Numbered from the stretch's first letter, positions 26,182 to 40,700 are shown. The stretch is 64,000 bases of DNA from Camelus dromedarius (GCF_036321535.1 NC_087437.1:71736001-71800000), one strand, 5' to 3'. Translations and numbers: made by a program. Notes: a model not told the origin generated them from the sequence alone.

Positions 26182-26452
26182 CATTACCCAAGATATGATG
26201 TTTTGTGGAATGCAAAATGGAGCAATTCGAGTCTATATCCTAAGTCACGACGATCTTTCATTGACCCACATGGAGGAATACTGGCACTTCAATATGCATG
26301 ACAATGACTATGGATGTGTTAAGTCCCTCTCCACTAGCTTTGATGATCGTTTCTTGGTGACTGCTGGAGCAGATAGTAATATCTTTGTTTTTAGCATTCT
26401 TTCTGAATTTGAGTTAAAGAAAGGCATGAAAGCCAAAGTGCCATCTCCAAGG
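26182..26452 (+). CDS. CFAP44: exon 11 (SITQDMMF...KVPSPR), 271 nt
   Basis: catag|C ... AGG|gtaggt; phase 2/0; WD repeats. Confidence 0.92.
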
Positions 26453-27496
26453 GTAGGTAACTATCTGACTAACAACAATGAAAACTTTATTTTAATATAG
26501 TGATGTTAAAACACTCATATTCTTTAAAAATGAAACTGTTTAGACACATTTACCTTCCTAGCAGTATTATGTTTTTGCTTTTCTGGTGCCTCTGTTACCA
26601 AATATTAAAGATGTTGAATTTACCTCATTACTAAAGGTGTAGAAGTCCCCCAATTAAAAAGACTATCTGTTTTTCTATCTCAATCACTTTCTCAATCAAA
26701 TTTTTGTTTTCAAGATGGATTTTTTTTCAGATATAAATTTTGCCTTTTGTTTATTTGTTCGCTTGTTGAAGAGGTGCATGTAGGATGTATACCATAATTT
26801 GTACCTTTGAGAGGGGTTGTAAAAATATTGTCTTTACTATTAGAATATGACAATAGCATCAAAGATTCAGTTAAATTATTTTTAGGCAGAATACATTATT
26901 GGCTTTGTAATAAAGATTGAGGGTTCGGATCCCCAAATTATATTTCTTTACCCTATTGTAGGACCTGAATTTTCTATTATCAAAATGGATCCTTTGATAA
27001 AATTACTAATAACCATTAGAACTGCTCCTAAAGAATAAGAAATTATATTAGAAAGACCATAATAAAAATTCTTATGAGCACATTGGCTTCCTATTTAACA
27101 GGTAGCCCACTTCAAAAGAACATACAAAGAATGTAGGGAAGATATGATCAGGTAAATTTCCATTTCTATTAATAGCAGCAAGACTTGGAGAATGGACTGT
27201 TGTCTAAAGAGATCCAGCTCAGGAAGAGGGATTAAAAAGGAAAAGTGTACGAGCAAGATGAAAATCTTTATCTTTCTACTTAGTGCTAACTCTCTCTATG
27301 TAAACCCATATTGGAGAGAAAAAAACCCATTCCATGTTTGCATAATGGTGTTCTTTTATGTACAACTGCGGTCAGTATCTCTTAAGTCACTCAAGCAGAC
27401 TCTGCTTTTAAGAAGGCAAAATCAGAAAGAATTCAATAAACAAAATAAAAAGCCAAGCTCTGCATAGGTCTGAGGTTCTTACTGTATTTTATAATT

Positions 27497-28150
27497 ACTG
27501 GGGAGCACTTTAAAGTATAGATACCTGAGCCCCACCCATGAGCAATTAAATCAGAATCTCTGAAGTTGAGGCCGAGGCACCAGTACAGACCTTCTGCAAC
27601 TTAACATACAAGTGGGGCTGTGTCCTGACAAACCCATCATAAGTTGAAAATATAAGCTGAAAACACCTAACCTACTGAACATCACAGCTTAGCCTACCTA
27701 CCTTAAACATGCTCAGCATACTTACATCAGCCTGCAGTTGGGCAAAGTCAACTACCACAAAGCCTATTTAACAAAAAATATTGACTATCTCATGTAATTT
27801 GTTGCCTACTGTACTGAAAGTGAAAAAGAGAATGGCTGCATGGGTACAGAATGGTTGTAAGTCTGTCAGTTGTTTGCCCTCATGATCGTGTGGCTGCCTG
27901 GGAGCTGTGGCTGCAGCAGCTGCCCAGCATGGTGAGAGAGGATCTGTCAGATATCCCTAGCCAGGAAAGGCTTGAAATTCAAAACTTGAAGTATGGTCTC
28001 TACAGAGTACATATTGCTTTTGCACCTTTGTAAAGTCAAAAAGTTGTTAAGTTGACCATTGTAAGTTGGGGACCATATGTATTTTATATAATTTCGCCCC
28101 ACCCCAGCCCCCCTGATTCTACTGTGCAGCCAGGATTGAGAGCAATTGGT
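27497..28150. mobile_element. MER5-like hAT element with a nested Tigger5/MER47B-like element (27586-28079)
   Basis: aatcagaatctctg MER5 motif; nested element flanked by TA at 27584-85 and 28080-81 with degenerate TIRs. Confidence 0.7.
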
Positions 28151-29202
28151 ACATATTTTGGAACTGTTTGGAAGCCCCTTTGTTTAACTGAAATTTATTG
28201 TAGACAGCTGAGGTCAGGAGCTGGTTGGCTGATTCCAGTATCAAATCCTGGAAATCACAACTGATATTGGAAAACCAAGGGGCTTAGTTCTGAGCAATAA
28301 AAGAATAAAAAAATTCAATCAAGTAAGTAAAATGTATTAGCCATCACTTTCTCTTACCTTGGTCATATTTTATGACTTCACTTTGTGAAAGTCATAAACC
28401 TTGTGTTACATAAATGTAGATTTATATTTTATGTGTATAAAGACTAGTACTGTAATTAAACAACTTGATCAAGAGAGAATCTTTATTTCTTTACAACAAA
28501 TGACAGCAAAATAGAACAAAGAGAACAGAAAATAAACAAGTTCAGTTTTACTTGAGAACTGGTTAGCTAGCAAACTAAGTCTTTTTGTTTAGTTGGCTGT
28601 GTTATAATTCCTCTTTAACAGCTTAAGATATTTTTCAGCACAGCATCTGAATAAGTGATTTACTTTCATAGTACTCCTTAATTTTAATTAATTTCTAAAG
28701 GGAGATTCATATTTCATATCTTTCTCAAGGAGAAGGATTATATTATCCTATGTATTTCCCATTGAATGCCTTTGATGAGGTTGAGTGAAAAACTTAAAAT
28801 TTTAAAAATACATATATTTAAAGTGTACACATGGGGTATTTTGGGGGACATCAAACCATGTATGAAAGGGATATGCTAAAAAACAGTATTTTAAAATAAG
28901 TGACTTGGAGGACTTTTTGTATTTTTTGTTACTAACACATGAATATTAATAATTCACATTTTTAAGAGAATATGGTGATACTAACATTTTGCATACATGT
29001 GATTGAGTTTCAAGACTTTTTCCACCTATCCCTTTAAGTGAAATAGAAACAAATACATTTTTTCCCTGGTTTATTTTTTGTGAAAATACGACTACGACTG
29101 TTAGAAATTAGCAGGAAAAAACTCTCGACTTACTCCTTATTACATACTTTAAGGGAAATATGCAGTTTAAAGGAACTAACCTTTTTTTTCCTTTTCCTAC
29201 AG

Positions 29203-29258
29203 TTTGGGATAGAATCAGAACCAATTCCAGAAGATATTGATGATCCTAAAGCCTACAG
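29203..29258 (+). CDS. CFAP44: exon 12 (FGIESEP...DPKAY), 56 nt
   Basis: ctacag|TTT ... CAG|gtatgg; phase 0/2. Confidence 0.92.
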
Positions 29259-29412
29259 GTATGGGAATTTTTGATAAATATCTTCTAGGTTTTGCAAAAC
29301 CAACGTTTTACCGAAGTTGACCAAGCTAAATGAATTTCCAAATTATTGAATACTAATTTTCTCTTTGTTTCTGTATCTTTAACCTGTTATCCTTTTAAAT
29401 TTCTGTTTTCAG

Positions 29413-29575
29413 TATTGAGAATGCCAGAAGAAAAAGAGAACATGACAAATTAATGAAAGAAGTGGAAGAGATCAAGGCTGGAAAGAGAGAACAAATCAAA
29501 GCTTTGAGGAATGAATTATGGAAACTACTACAGATGAATGAAGAATTACCAAAACATATGCAGTTCAAACGGACA
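29413..29575 (+). CDS. CFAP44: exon 13 (SIENARR...QFKRT), 163 nt
   Basis: tttcag|T ... ACA|gtaagc; phase 2/0. Confidence 0.92.
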
Positions 29576-31027
29576 GTAAGCCTAAAATAAATTTGATTTT
29601 AATTTTAGCATTAGGCTATTTCTGAATCGAGACTGCTGTTTTGCCAAGCAGGAATGCTTAAAATCATCTTTAAATTTCCCTTTATCTGGCCAATGTGTTG
29701 ACAGCAACTAAACTACTGTAGAACTTGTCATACAACTTGGTTTGAATATAGATGAGCCTCTTTAACAAAGTTTACTTCAGGATTTAGCTACTTCACATTT
29801 TTTGGGTAATAAGATACAAATATAAGTTTGAATCTGGTTATCAGTCCTTATCATACCTAGCCAAGATAGCTAACTGTTGGATAGGCACATACTGTATAAT
29901 TTGATTTTCTGTGGTTCCATTTCTGTAATTCATCAGCTCTATTGAAAAGATAGTACCTGGTTTATCCACAAAAGTTTCTAAAAGATGACTTGGTTTAGTT
30001 GTAGGTATGAGGACACCAAATTATTTAAGCTAATTTTGTGCTAATTTTTTTCTTTTGTGACGTATCACAAAGCCTCCAGCTATCTGCTAGTAATAATTTT
30101 TTCCCACTTTTTACATTATCTTAAATGGAATTACTATCAAGAACCTAATCAAATAAAAGCCCAGAATTTATGCTCCTGACTATATCTATAGATTACCCAG
30201 TCCTATAATTCCAGAAGCATTTAGCCAGTTTTGTGTATATATATACAAAAAACAAACTTCAGTGAAATCGTAATAATTAACTCATTATATTGGTTAAAAT
30301 ATTAACTTGTAATGGTTAAAAGATGTTCGTGTTATTTTCCCAAGAAAAGGATTGACACTTGCAGAATATGGGTGACATAATTCAAAATTAAGAACAACTG
30401 AGGTAAGTTCTGTGGCTCAGATTTATACATACATCATTACTTACCACTTAGTGTGAATGAAGGCCCTGACATCTTTCCAGGAATGAAGGAAACAAACATG
30501 AGACCTAAGCATCCTTATGGGGAAAATGGCTCCTTTGGTGAAGGGCATTCAATCAGCATTTGGTTATTATCAGGAAGATGCCAAAGACACTGCCATCTTT
30601 CCTAGGTGGGGTCACATGGGAGGGTATGTTCAGCTAATGATCAACTGCTATGAACTACCCTGTGCACAGCTGGTTATATAACAGTAGTTGCTTTGGGGTA
30701 GAGAGTTTTGTTTTAACTTTGTACACTCTCCAAATATTCTGTTGGCATTCATTGTTTTTATTGTGGGAAAAATCTTTTTTAATATGTAACTTTATTTCCA
30801 TTTTTATATATAGTGGCTTAATTATTTCTGGGAATTTTTCTCCATACTTTGTGGCAGTAAAATCAAAAATATGTTATTTCTTTCTAGAATGAGAGAGTTT
30901 GTGATATTTAAGAGTTATGTGGCATGAAATTGAAGACAAATCTTAAAAGTATGTATTCATGTATGAAATATGATAAGGTACATTGCTGTAAGTACCCATT
31001 TTGATGAACAAATCCACTTATCTGCAG

Positions 31028-31158
31028 GATTTTGATCTAGATTCCAAAATTCGTGCTGAGATTGACAGAAAAACTGCTAATAAAATTCATCAAGTGGAGA
31101 AGGAATTAGCTTGGGAAAAAGAGAAACATCACCTTGGCCTAATGAAGCTACAGAATAG
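31028..31158 (+). CDS. CFAP44: exon 14 (DFDLDSK...MKLQN), 131 nt
   Basis: tgcag|GAT ... TAG|gtagga; phase 0/2. Confidence 0.92.
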
Positions 31159-31207
31159 GTAGGATCCATATGTCCTACTAGTTAAGATATTTGAGAGCAT
31201 ATAGTTG

Positions 31208-31597
31208 TTTTTTTTTAAATTCAAGAACAGTCAATTACAATGCGTCAATCTCTGGTGTACAGCACAACGTCCCAGTCATGCATATATATACATTTGTTCG
31301 TTTTCATGATTTTTTTTTCCATTAAAGGTTATTAAAAGATATTGAGCATAGTTCCCTGTGCTATACAAAGAAAACTTTTGTAAAGTCTATTTTTATATAT
31401 AGTGGCTAACATTTGTAAACTCCCAGATTTATCCCCTCCCACCTCCTTTCCCTGGTAACCATAAGATTGTTTACTGTCTACAAGTCTGTTTCTGTTTTGT
31501 AGATAAGTTCATAGTGTCCTTTCTTTCTTTCTTTTTTTTTTTTTTCAGATTCCACGTATGAGTGATGTCATATGGTATTTTTCTGTCTCTTTTTGGC
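31208..31597 (-). mobile_element. lineage-specific L1 3' end
   Basis: 18-bp TSD tttgagag(c/t)atatagttg at 31190-31207 and 31598-31615; T tract at the start. Confidence 0.85.
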
Positions 31598-31969
31598 TTT
31601 GAGAGTATATAGTTGAATGAAGTAGTTTACAGTGGCTTAATTGAAGTGGTCAGATGAGAGGTCTCTGGAAGTACCTTCTACTTCCTAAACTCCCCAGGAA
31701 TCCTCTTGTCATTGCTGGTGATAACTTCCTGAGCTCACACCCCCCTGGTTTAATTTTTTTTTTTCTACAAACCAAATGGTGGCATGCATATTTACTTCTG
31801 TTTCTGACTAATTAATTACTTTATATCTAGTTAACACACGAGCATGTACATATTAAAAAACCAAAAATAAAATAGAACCAAAGAACTTGTAATGAAAGAC
31901 AACAATTTTTTGTCCAATCCCTGTCATCCATCAACATGACTTCCCAGAGGAAATTGCTTTTCCTTTTTG

Positions 31970-34010
31970 CCTTTTTGAGATATACTTTACATATAGTAAA
32001 ATGCATAAATCTTAATTGAATACCTTGATAACATTTTTTACAGATGCATAAACACATATACCCACTACCTAAATTAAGAACATTTATAGCAACTAGAAAG
32101 TTCCCTCATGGGTTTCTCTGAGTAAATATTTACTCTCCAAAGATGAATGTTTACCACCATAGGTTAGTGTTCTCTGTAAACTTCATATAAATGGAATGCT
32201 GCAGTATGAGCTCTTTTGTATCTGGCTTCTTTACTTAGTATCATGCCTAAGATTATCCATGTTAATGCAGGTAGCAGTAGTTCATAGTTTTTCATTGCTT
32301 TGTAATATTCTATTAAATGATTTTTTTTAAACCACAATTTATTAATCCATTTAACTGCTGATGGATATTTGATTTGTTTCTATTTTTTGGCTACCATGAA
32401 GAATCCCAGTATGAAAATTCTTGTGCATGTTTTTAGGTGGATGTAAGCACTTATTTCTGTTTGCTTTATAAGCAGGAGTGGAACTGCCGGGTCATTGGCT
32501 CTATACATGTTTAGTTTTATTAGACACTGACAAAGAGTTTTCCAAAATGGCTCAACCAATTGATACTCTGATTATCAGTGTATGAGAGTTCCAACTGATT
32601 CCCATTGGATTCATTTCCTAGTACAAAATACCCACAGACCAGCTGGCTTACAATAATAGACATTCATTGTCTGATAATTCTGGAGGCTGGAAGTCCAGAA
32701 TCAAAGTTCTGGCTAAATTGGTTTCTTCTAAGAGCTAGGAGGGAGAATTCATTCTATGCCTTTCTCTGAGCTTCTGGTGGTTTTGCCCGGGATCTTTGGT
32801 GTATCTTGGCTTGTAGATACGTCACTCCAAATCTTCTGTCTTCACGGGGTGTTCTCCCTGTGTCTCCTCATATAATCTTCCTCTTGTGCATGTCCAAATT
32901 CCCTCTTTTTATAAGGATACCAATCATGTTGGATTAGGGCCCACCTTAATGATCTCATTTTTAACTTGATTATCTCTGTCAAGACCTTATTTCCAGATAA
33001 GGTCATATTCTGAGGTCTGCGGGGAGGGTTAAGACTTCAGCATATCTTCTGTGGGGGGACACAACTGAAAATATAACACTCATGCTTGCCATCACTTGGC
33101 ATTGTCAGCTCTTGAAACTTCAGCTATTCTGTAGTAGTGTCTGGGTATGATTTCAATTGACATCTCCCTGGTGGGTGACTTCCAGTCCCTTTTCCTAACA
33201 CTTAATGTTTATTTGTCTATTCTCTTTTGTTAGGTGTTCAAGTCTTTTTTTTCATTAAAAAAATTGGGTTCTAGGAGTTATAAATTCTGGATGAGTCTTT
33301 TGTCATATGCATGATGCATATGTATATGACATATCTGTGGGTGCATGCATGTAAAATAGCTTGCTCTACTCTGTGGCTTGCCTTTTCATTCCCATTATAG
33401 TGTCTTTTTGAACAGAAGTTTTAAATTTTAATCAAGTTCAATTTGTCAATGTTTTTCTTTTCAGTTTATTAATATTTTCACTAACTTTTATGGTTAATAC
33501 TCTTAAGTTGTAGTTGAGGAATCTTGGCCTATTCCCAGTTTATGAAATAATTCACCTACATTTTATTCTAGAAGCTCTATTGTTTTGCCATTATCTATCT
33601 TGGATAACTTTTGTGGGTGGCATAAGATAGAGATCGTGTCCTTTGTTTCTATAAGGTTAATCAGTTGACCTACTATCATTCGCTGAAAATACCATCCTTT
33701 CCTCACTGGATTGTAGTGATGCGTTTGTCAAAAATCAGGTAACCACATACACATATATGTAGGTCTGTTTCTGAACCCTTCATTCTATTCCAGTGGCCTA
33801 TCTATTTTTGTGCTAGTGTCACACTACCTTGAATATTCTTGTCATCTGAAATGTAAATCCCCTGGCTTTGTTCTTCATCTTCAATATTGCTTAGGTCCTT
33901 TGCATAGGATCAATTTGTCAATTTTCACAACAAATCCTGTTAAGATTTTAACTAGAATTACATTGAGTCTATAGATCAATTTAGATATAACAGGCATTTT
34001 AAAGGAATAA
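31970..34010 (-). mobile_element. old L1 with a nested MLT1B/C-like LTR (~32600-33078)
   Basis: L1 3'UTR/ORF2 remnants; LTR motifs ttctggaggctggaagtcca, ggattagggcccacct, ggggacaca...taaca. Confidence 0.7.
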
Positions 34011-34663
34011 TTGCTATCTACATAAATAAATTAAATTCTAAAATTAAAAAATGAGGAAATAATTGTGAACCAGTGCCAAAAGATAGCAACAATTTAATTG
34101 ATGAAGAACTTTGAAAAGATAAATCTCTATGGGCCATAAGAGAAAGACGAACTGGAAAGTAGTATGGGTTCCTGAGCTTAATGGTTTTTACAGAGACAAA
34201 TATGATAATATGAGATACATGATATATGGATATATAATCTCCCCAGCTATTATCTATCATATACTAATATGAGATATACATTATATTATAAATGTGTAAA
34301 ATATATGAGATAATAGGAAGATGAATTACATTTCCTCAGAGTTTGATATGATCCATTTACCATCAAACTGCAGTCTGCCTGAAAAATTTTGACTCTTCTA
34401 CATATTAGCAAAATAACGGTATTATACTGTTAATAATGAGATGTTCAGTATTTTCATTAGAAAGAAAATTCTACTTGCTCTTTAACCAAGTCCTATTTAA
34501 CTTCCGCCACATCCTTATTGGTATATGCATGGTTAAATTTTGGATCCAGCATGATATAATGGTATTATTTATCAGCATAGTATATTGTGGTCTTATTTTA
34601 TTACTTCATAATCATGCAGAATGATTAAAGTGGTGACTATTTCAGATACTTTTTTCCCCCCAG

Positions 34664-34860
34664 ATTTCGTGATTCATTGGAAAGTGATACTATTGTGGTT
34701 CATGCCATACAAAGTGATCACAAGATATCCTCCTATAGGCTTGTGAAACCCTCTAAATACACCAAATCCAAACGGGCAAGTCAGTCAGAGAGAAGACCAA
34801 GCAAATTCGAGAGGTTTGAAAAAGAGGGAACTGGAAGAAAGGAAAGCCAGAAAGATACCG
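34664..34860 (+). CDS. CFAP44: exon 15 (RFRDSLE...SQKDT), 197 nt
   Basis: cccag|A ... CCG|gtaagc; phase 2/1. Confidence 0.92.
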
Positions 34861-35869
34861 GTAAGCTAAATGACAAGAAAGCTTTTGAATCCATATTTAG
34901 TCAGATTTCAAAACTGAATTATCTTTTTGTGAGCAGAACCTTTGAATCCCGGGCACGTGACTGAGTGGCTAAGAAGACCCGATGCTGCTGACTGACTTCC
35001 CACATCCAGCTTTACAAAATCTAGGATTTCCGCGGATGCTTGTTTTTCTAGGCAGTGTTTGTTCCCAGATTCCTGGGCCTCACCCTAAAGTGCAGGGCTA
35101 GAACACCACATGGATTCCACTCTATTTTCTAAGAGTGTATGCTTTAAACAGAATGATGAGCTGAGGATACAGATGTGAAAGTAGTACCTCTAATCTCTGC
35201 AGCCTGCCTCTTGTAACTGCCCACAGGGTGACTGCGGATGAGTAGGAGGAAGACAAAAGAATTCTGGGAGTGGCTTGGAGAGCCCAGTCAAGGATAAAGG
35301 GCACTGCAGCCTTCCCAGACCCAGGCTAGTGCCCATGATGCAGGACTGACATTAACACTGGTTCATTCTCTTGATTGAGAAACCTTTAATGGTTCCTTTC
35401 TGCCTCTAGGATAAATTCTGAAACCATTATCCCCATATTTAATCTGTCCACAGTGTATCTGTCTTCTGTTTCCAATAGTGCATTCTCATATTGCTCAACC
35501 TGCGCGTTAGCCTACAGCCCTGCTTGCTGCTTCCTGATTATGCCTGAAACTTCCACACCCATGTTCCTAACTGTGACCAATTCACTCCTCTCCTCTCGGA
35601 ATTCTACCAGTTCTTGGGGATCCAGATCGAATTACACTTTTATTATAAAGCCTTTCTGTGGCCACCCAGGCCGTATTAAATTCTTTCTTATCTGTGGAAC
35701 CATATAGTTGAAATATAAATGGAAATGGTGGCTTATAACTATATAATCATCTATATTATTTAATTTTTTATGTATATCTAAAGTATATCTATATGTTCTA
35801 GTAGCTTGAACATAAAAAAAGAATAATTCTCCCAGTAGATACTTATTAATTGATAAAGCCAATTATTTT

Positions 35870-36797
35870 ATTTTAATTAATTAATTTTTATTGATGTATA
35901 ATTCACCTACAGCACTGTTAGTTCCAGATACACAACATAGTGATTTGATATTTCTATACATTACAAAATGATCATCACAAGTCTAGTTATCATTTGTCAC
36001 CATACAGAATTATTACAACACTACTGACTGTTCCCCATGCTGTACATTTCATCCCTCTGAATCCTTTATTTTGTAACTGGCAGTTTGTACCTCTTAATCT
36101 CCCTCACCTTTTTCATCTCTCCAACCGCTTCCCCTTTGGCAGCCATCTGTTTGTCCTCTGTACCTATGAGTCTGTTTCTGTTTTGTTATGTTTGTTCATT
36201 TGTTTTGTTTTTTAGATTCCATACATAAGTGAAATCATACGCCATTTGTCTTTCTCTGTCTGACTTATTTCATCTTACCATAATACTCTAGATGCATCCA
36301 TGTTGTCAGAAATGGCAAGCTTTCCTTCTTTTTTATGGTGGAGTAACATTCTATTGTGTGTGTGTCTGTGTGTGTATAGACATATGTCTATATACTACAT
36401 CTTCTTTATCCATTCGTTTATTGATGGACACTTAGGTTGCTTCCATATCTTGGCTATTGTAAATAATGCTGCAGTGAACATAGGGGTACATGTATCTTTT
36501 TGAATTAGTGAGGTTTTTTCCTTTGGTTTTAAAAATACCCAGAAGTGGAATTCCTGGATCATGTGGTAGTTCTGTTTTTCATTTTTTGAGGAACCTCCAT
36601 ACTGTTTTCTGTAGTAGCTGTACCAGTTTACATTTCTACAAACAGTGCACAAAGGTTCCCTTTTCTCCACATCCTCACTAATACATGTCATCTTTTTGAT
36701 AGCAGCTGCTCTGACGGAGGTGAAGTGATAGCTCATTGTGGTTTTGATTTGCATTTTTCTGTTGACTCGTGATGTTGAGCATCTTTTCATGTTTCTG
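35870..36797 (-). mobile_element. 5'-truncated L1
   Basis: ORF2 C-terminal peptide [18 protein letters not shown] tgataaagccaat(t/a)atttt at 35851-35869 and 36798-36816. Confidence 0.88.
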
Positions 36798-37262
36798 TGA
36801 TAAAGCCAATAATTTTTAAGTTCTAGATTTGTGTGTTTCTTACCAGTTTTTTAATTGGCCACAGAACAGTACAGTTGGTATATGTCACCTCAAATTACAC
36901 ATGTCAAATAAGACTCACTTGCTTTTCTCTTCCCCCACCTTCATGTCACACTCTTTCCCAGCTTCCTAATATCTGTCAGTGGTCCATTAATTCATTACTT
37001 TGTTCTCTAATTGTTTAATATATATCTCATCTTGCGAACTTTTTAATAAGGTCCTGAGGAGAAAAAATTTAGATATCTTTGTTTTGGTATTCTAAAATAT
37101 GTATCATGGGATTTAATTCATAGTAGTTGCTTAATATATACTGTGACTTATAGATTCATTGTATTCTTAGATTTTTAAAATGTGGCAGGTTAAAAACAAT
37201 ATTTGAGAGCTTTATTTTGATGTTTCAAAAAGATTGAAAACAAATGTTGACTTTCTGTACAG

Positions 37263-37437
37263 GTGGGAGTACTAGTGTGCCAGAAGAGTCAATTATAGAA
37301 AAAGGGAAGAAATTTCGGCCTAAAACCCTAAGTGAAATTATGGTGGAAAATCAAATTGAGAAAACGAGGAAACTTATACTAAAAGCTGAAAGGGCCCAAC
37401 TGAAGATTCAGCAGAGAAAAAAGGAATGGGAAGAACT
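37263..37437 (+). CDS. CFAP44: exon 16 (GGSTSVPEE...KEWEE), 175 nt
   Basis: tacag|GT ... ACT|gtaagt; phase 1/2. Confidence 0.92.
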
Positions 37438-37782
37438 GTAAGTTTCTTTTTTTTAAACCTAGTCTTTTGTTTTAAAGAGTCTCATGGTATCTTTTAAAAT
37501 CTTTATATTTATTGACATTGTAATTTAAATAATGAACTAAAAGAAATAGAGATGTTAAAGACGGGCTAGGTGGATCTTTTCAGGGTGGTGATTCTGTGGT
37601 GGGACTTCAATGACCCTTTGAGTTTTGAGTCTAGGAATTTCATTTTACTAATAAACTCAGATGATTTTTAAGGATTAGGAAATTCTTTTCTCTCCCAGCA
37701 TTAAGAAGCTATTACTCCTGTATGTTCTTCTAACATCTTACAGTTTGGGCCTTCACCTTTAGGTCAGTACTTTCATTTAACA

Positions 37783-40700
37783 AGCGTATCTTTTCATTTG
37801 TTTATTTTCCCCTTATATAACTTTGGTTAAATATCTCTTTCTGTCTTTTGCCCACATTCATTGTTTACTTTAGTGCTGTTGACTTTTGAGAGTTCTTTAT
37901 TATTTTAGATATTAGTACTGTGTTGAATATATTGTTTGCAAATATTTCCTCGCAGTCTATAGCTTGTATGTTTTTATTCCCTTAACGAGATCTTTTTTGG
38001 AGCAAATGTTTTTAATTATGTTGAAGACAATTTATTGATTTTTTTTCTTTCTATAAGTCTTAGTTTTGGTTTCAGTTCTAAGAATTCTGCCTAGCCCTAG
38101 ATTCCAAAGATTTTCTCCTATTTTTTTCCTAAAGGTTTTATAGTTTTACATTTTACATTTAAGTCTGTGGCCTGTTTTGCTGTTCTTTTGTATAAGATGT
38201 GGGATTTAGATTTAGTTGTTTTTTTTTTTTTTCCTCTACAGAAGTCTAATTGCTCTAGCATCATTTGTTGAAAAGGCTCTCTTTCCTCCGTTGAATTGCT
38301 TTTGGACCTTTGTCAAAAACTATTTAGGCATATTTGTGTGGGTCTATTTCCAGGTTTACTTTTTGTTCCATTAATCTATGTGTCGATTCCTTGGCCAATA
38401 CCATCCTTCTCGATTACTGTAGCTATGTAATAAGTCTTGAACTTGGATAAATTGATTCCTCTCATTCTTCTTTTTCAAAATAGTTTTAGCCATTCTAGTT
38501 ATTTTGCCTTTCCAGTTAAATCATATATTTACCAAAAAAAAAAAAAAACTTGCTGAAATTCTGATAGAAGTTCTGTTAAATGTATGTGTTAGTTTGGGGA
38601 GAATTAACAAATTTATTATGTTGTCTTCTAATCCATGGACACAGTATAACTCTACATTTATTTATATTTCCTTTGATTTCTTTCATCAGTGTTTTGTTTT
38701 TTTCAATATAAAAGCCCTATACCTATTTTGTTAGATCACACACAAATATTTCACTTTTAGGGGCAAGCATAAATGTATTGTTTTTTAATTTTGGTATTTA
38801 AGTTCATGTTCAATGCTGGCATAGAAATAAAATTGTATTTTATATGTTTATTTGCTGTTTTGTGACCTTGCTGAACTGTCATATTAGTTCTGAGATTATT
38901 TTGATAGATTCCTTGAGATTTTGTGTAGACAATCATGTAATCTGTAAATAGAGACAGTTTTATTTCTTCTTACCCAATCTGTTTGCCTCGAATTCCCTTT
39001 TCTTTTCCTTTTGCACTAGCTAGGACTCCCAGTACTGTGGTGTTGAAATAGAATAGGGAGAGCTGGCATCCACAACTTGTTCCTAATCTTAGGAGGAAAG
39101 CATCCAATATTGATGGTATAACTTTTCATTCTTTAATTTCAATCTACTTATATCACTGCCTTTGAAGTTATTGTGTTTTTGACAGCATATAGTTGGGTTA
39201 TGTTTTTTAACCCACTCTGTCAATCTCAGCTCTTCAGTGGGTATATTCAGGTCATTTACACTTAATGTAATTATTGATGTTCAGGCCTCATATCTGCTAT
39301 TTTATATTTTGTTTTCTGTTCTCTATTTTTCAGTTTTCTGTTTTCTTTTTCCTGCTTTCTTGTGGTTACTTGAATATTTTAGAGTTTCAATATGACTAAT
39401 CTTAATGTTTTTGAATGTATCACTTTGTGTAGCTTAGTATTTGCTCTCAGTATTACATTATGTATACACAACTGATCAGTTTACTGTGTTGACATTTTAT
39501 CAGCTTGAGTGAATTGTAGAAACTTCACCTACCTTTATGTCCCTTTACCCACTCCTCTTTGTTTCCCCTGTTTATAATATAATTGTATAAATATTTCCTC
39601 CACATATCTTTTACAACCACACATCAGTATTAGTTTTTTTAAATCATCAAACATAACTTAGACAATAGTAGAAGTAAAGTGTATTTGCCCATATTTTTAC
39701 CTTTAACATCTTAATTTCTTCCTTTTTTGATGTTTCAAGGTTCCTTCTTCTACCGTTTTATTTCTGTTTAGAGAACTTCCTCTAGCCATTCTGTTAGAGT
39801 AGCTATGAGAACTTTATGATGGCTGCTTTAAAATCCTTGTCAGATTATTCTAACATCTCTCTCATCTTGGATTTGGTGTCTGGTAATTGTCTTTTCTCAT
39901 TGAGGTTGAGGTCATCCTGATTCTTGGTATTTCAAATTATTTTTAATTGAAATCTGGACATTTTGGGTATTATGAGACTCTGGATGTTATTTATACATTC
40001 TGTTTTAGCTGGCGTTCTCTGATTCCGGCAGGGTAAGCAGGAGTAACATCTTACTGTGAGTACAGAAGTCCAGGTTACCCATTCTACTCCCGCTGACATC
40101 TGAGGAAGGAAAGGGCTACTTACTGGTCAGAAGTTGGAGTTCCAGATTCCACTAGGCTCCCACTAATACAACTTTGCTTTCCAGTTGGCCTCCACTGATA
40201 CTGTGGAGGCTGGTGAAAATCATCGCTCTCCACTAGGCCTCCTTAAACACTACCCCAGCAGGGGTAGATCATAGATCACCTTGTTATTGCTAGGCAGGAG
40301 CCGAAGTCCAGGTTCCCTTTGGGATCTCCACTGACACTGTGGTAGGGAAGCTTGTTGCACACATGAAAGTCCTGGTTCCCAGGACCCGCCTCCTCTGAAA
40401 CCACTCTGTAGGGGTTGTGTTACCTTGTGAAAGCCTGATGATGGTGGAAGTTTAGACTCCCCACTTGGCCTTTGCTAGCATGGGTGGAAGTGGGGCCACA
40501 TTTTTTTCTATAGTGTTTGGCTGGAGTAGAGAGTTTATTGTCTACAAGTTTTCTCTCTTGCTGTTCTGTTGTTTTCTTGACCCTTTAGCTAGAGAGAGCA
40601 GGATTTTGTTGGGCTTTTGTTGTCTAAAGCTGTTGGTGTTTCGGAGTTACTCGTTAGCTCCAAGTCTGGGCTATATGAGGCAAAAATAAAACCCAGAGAA

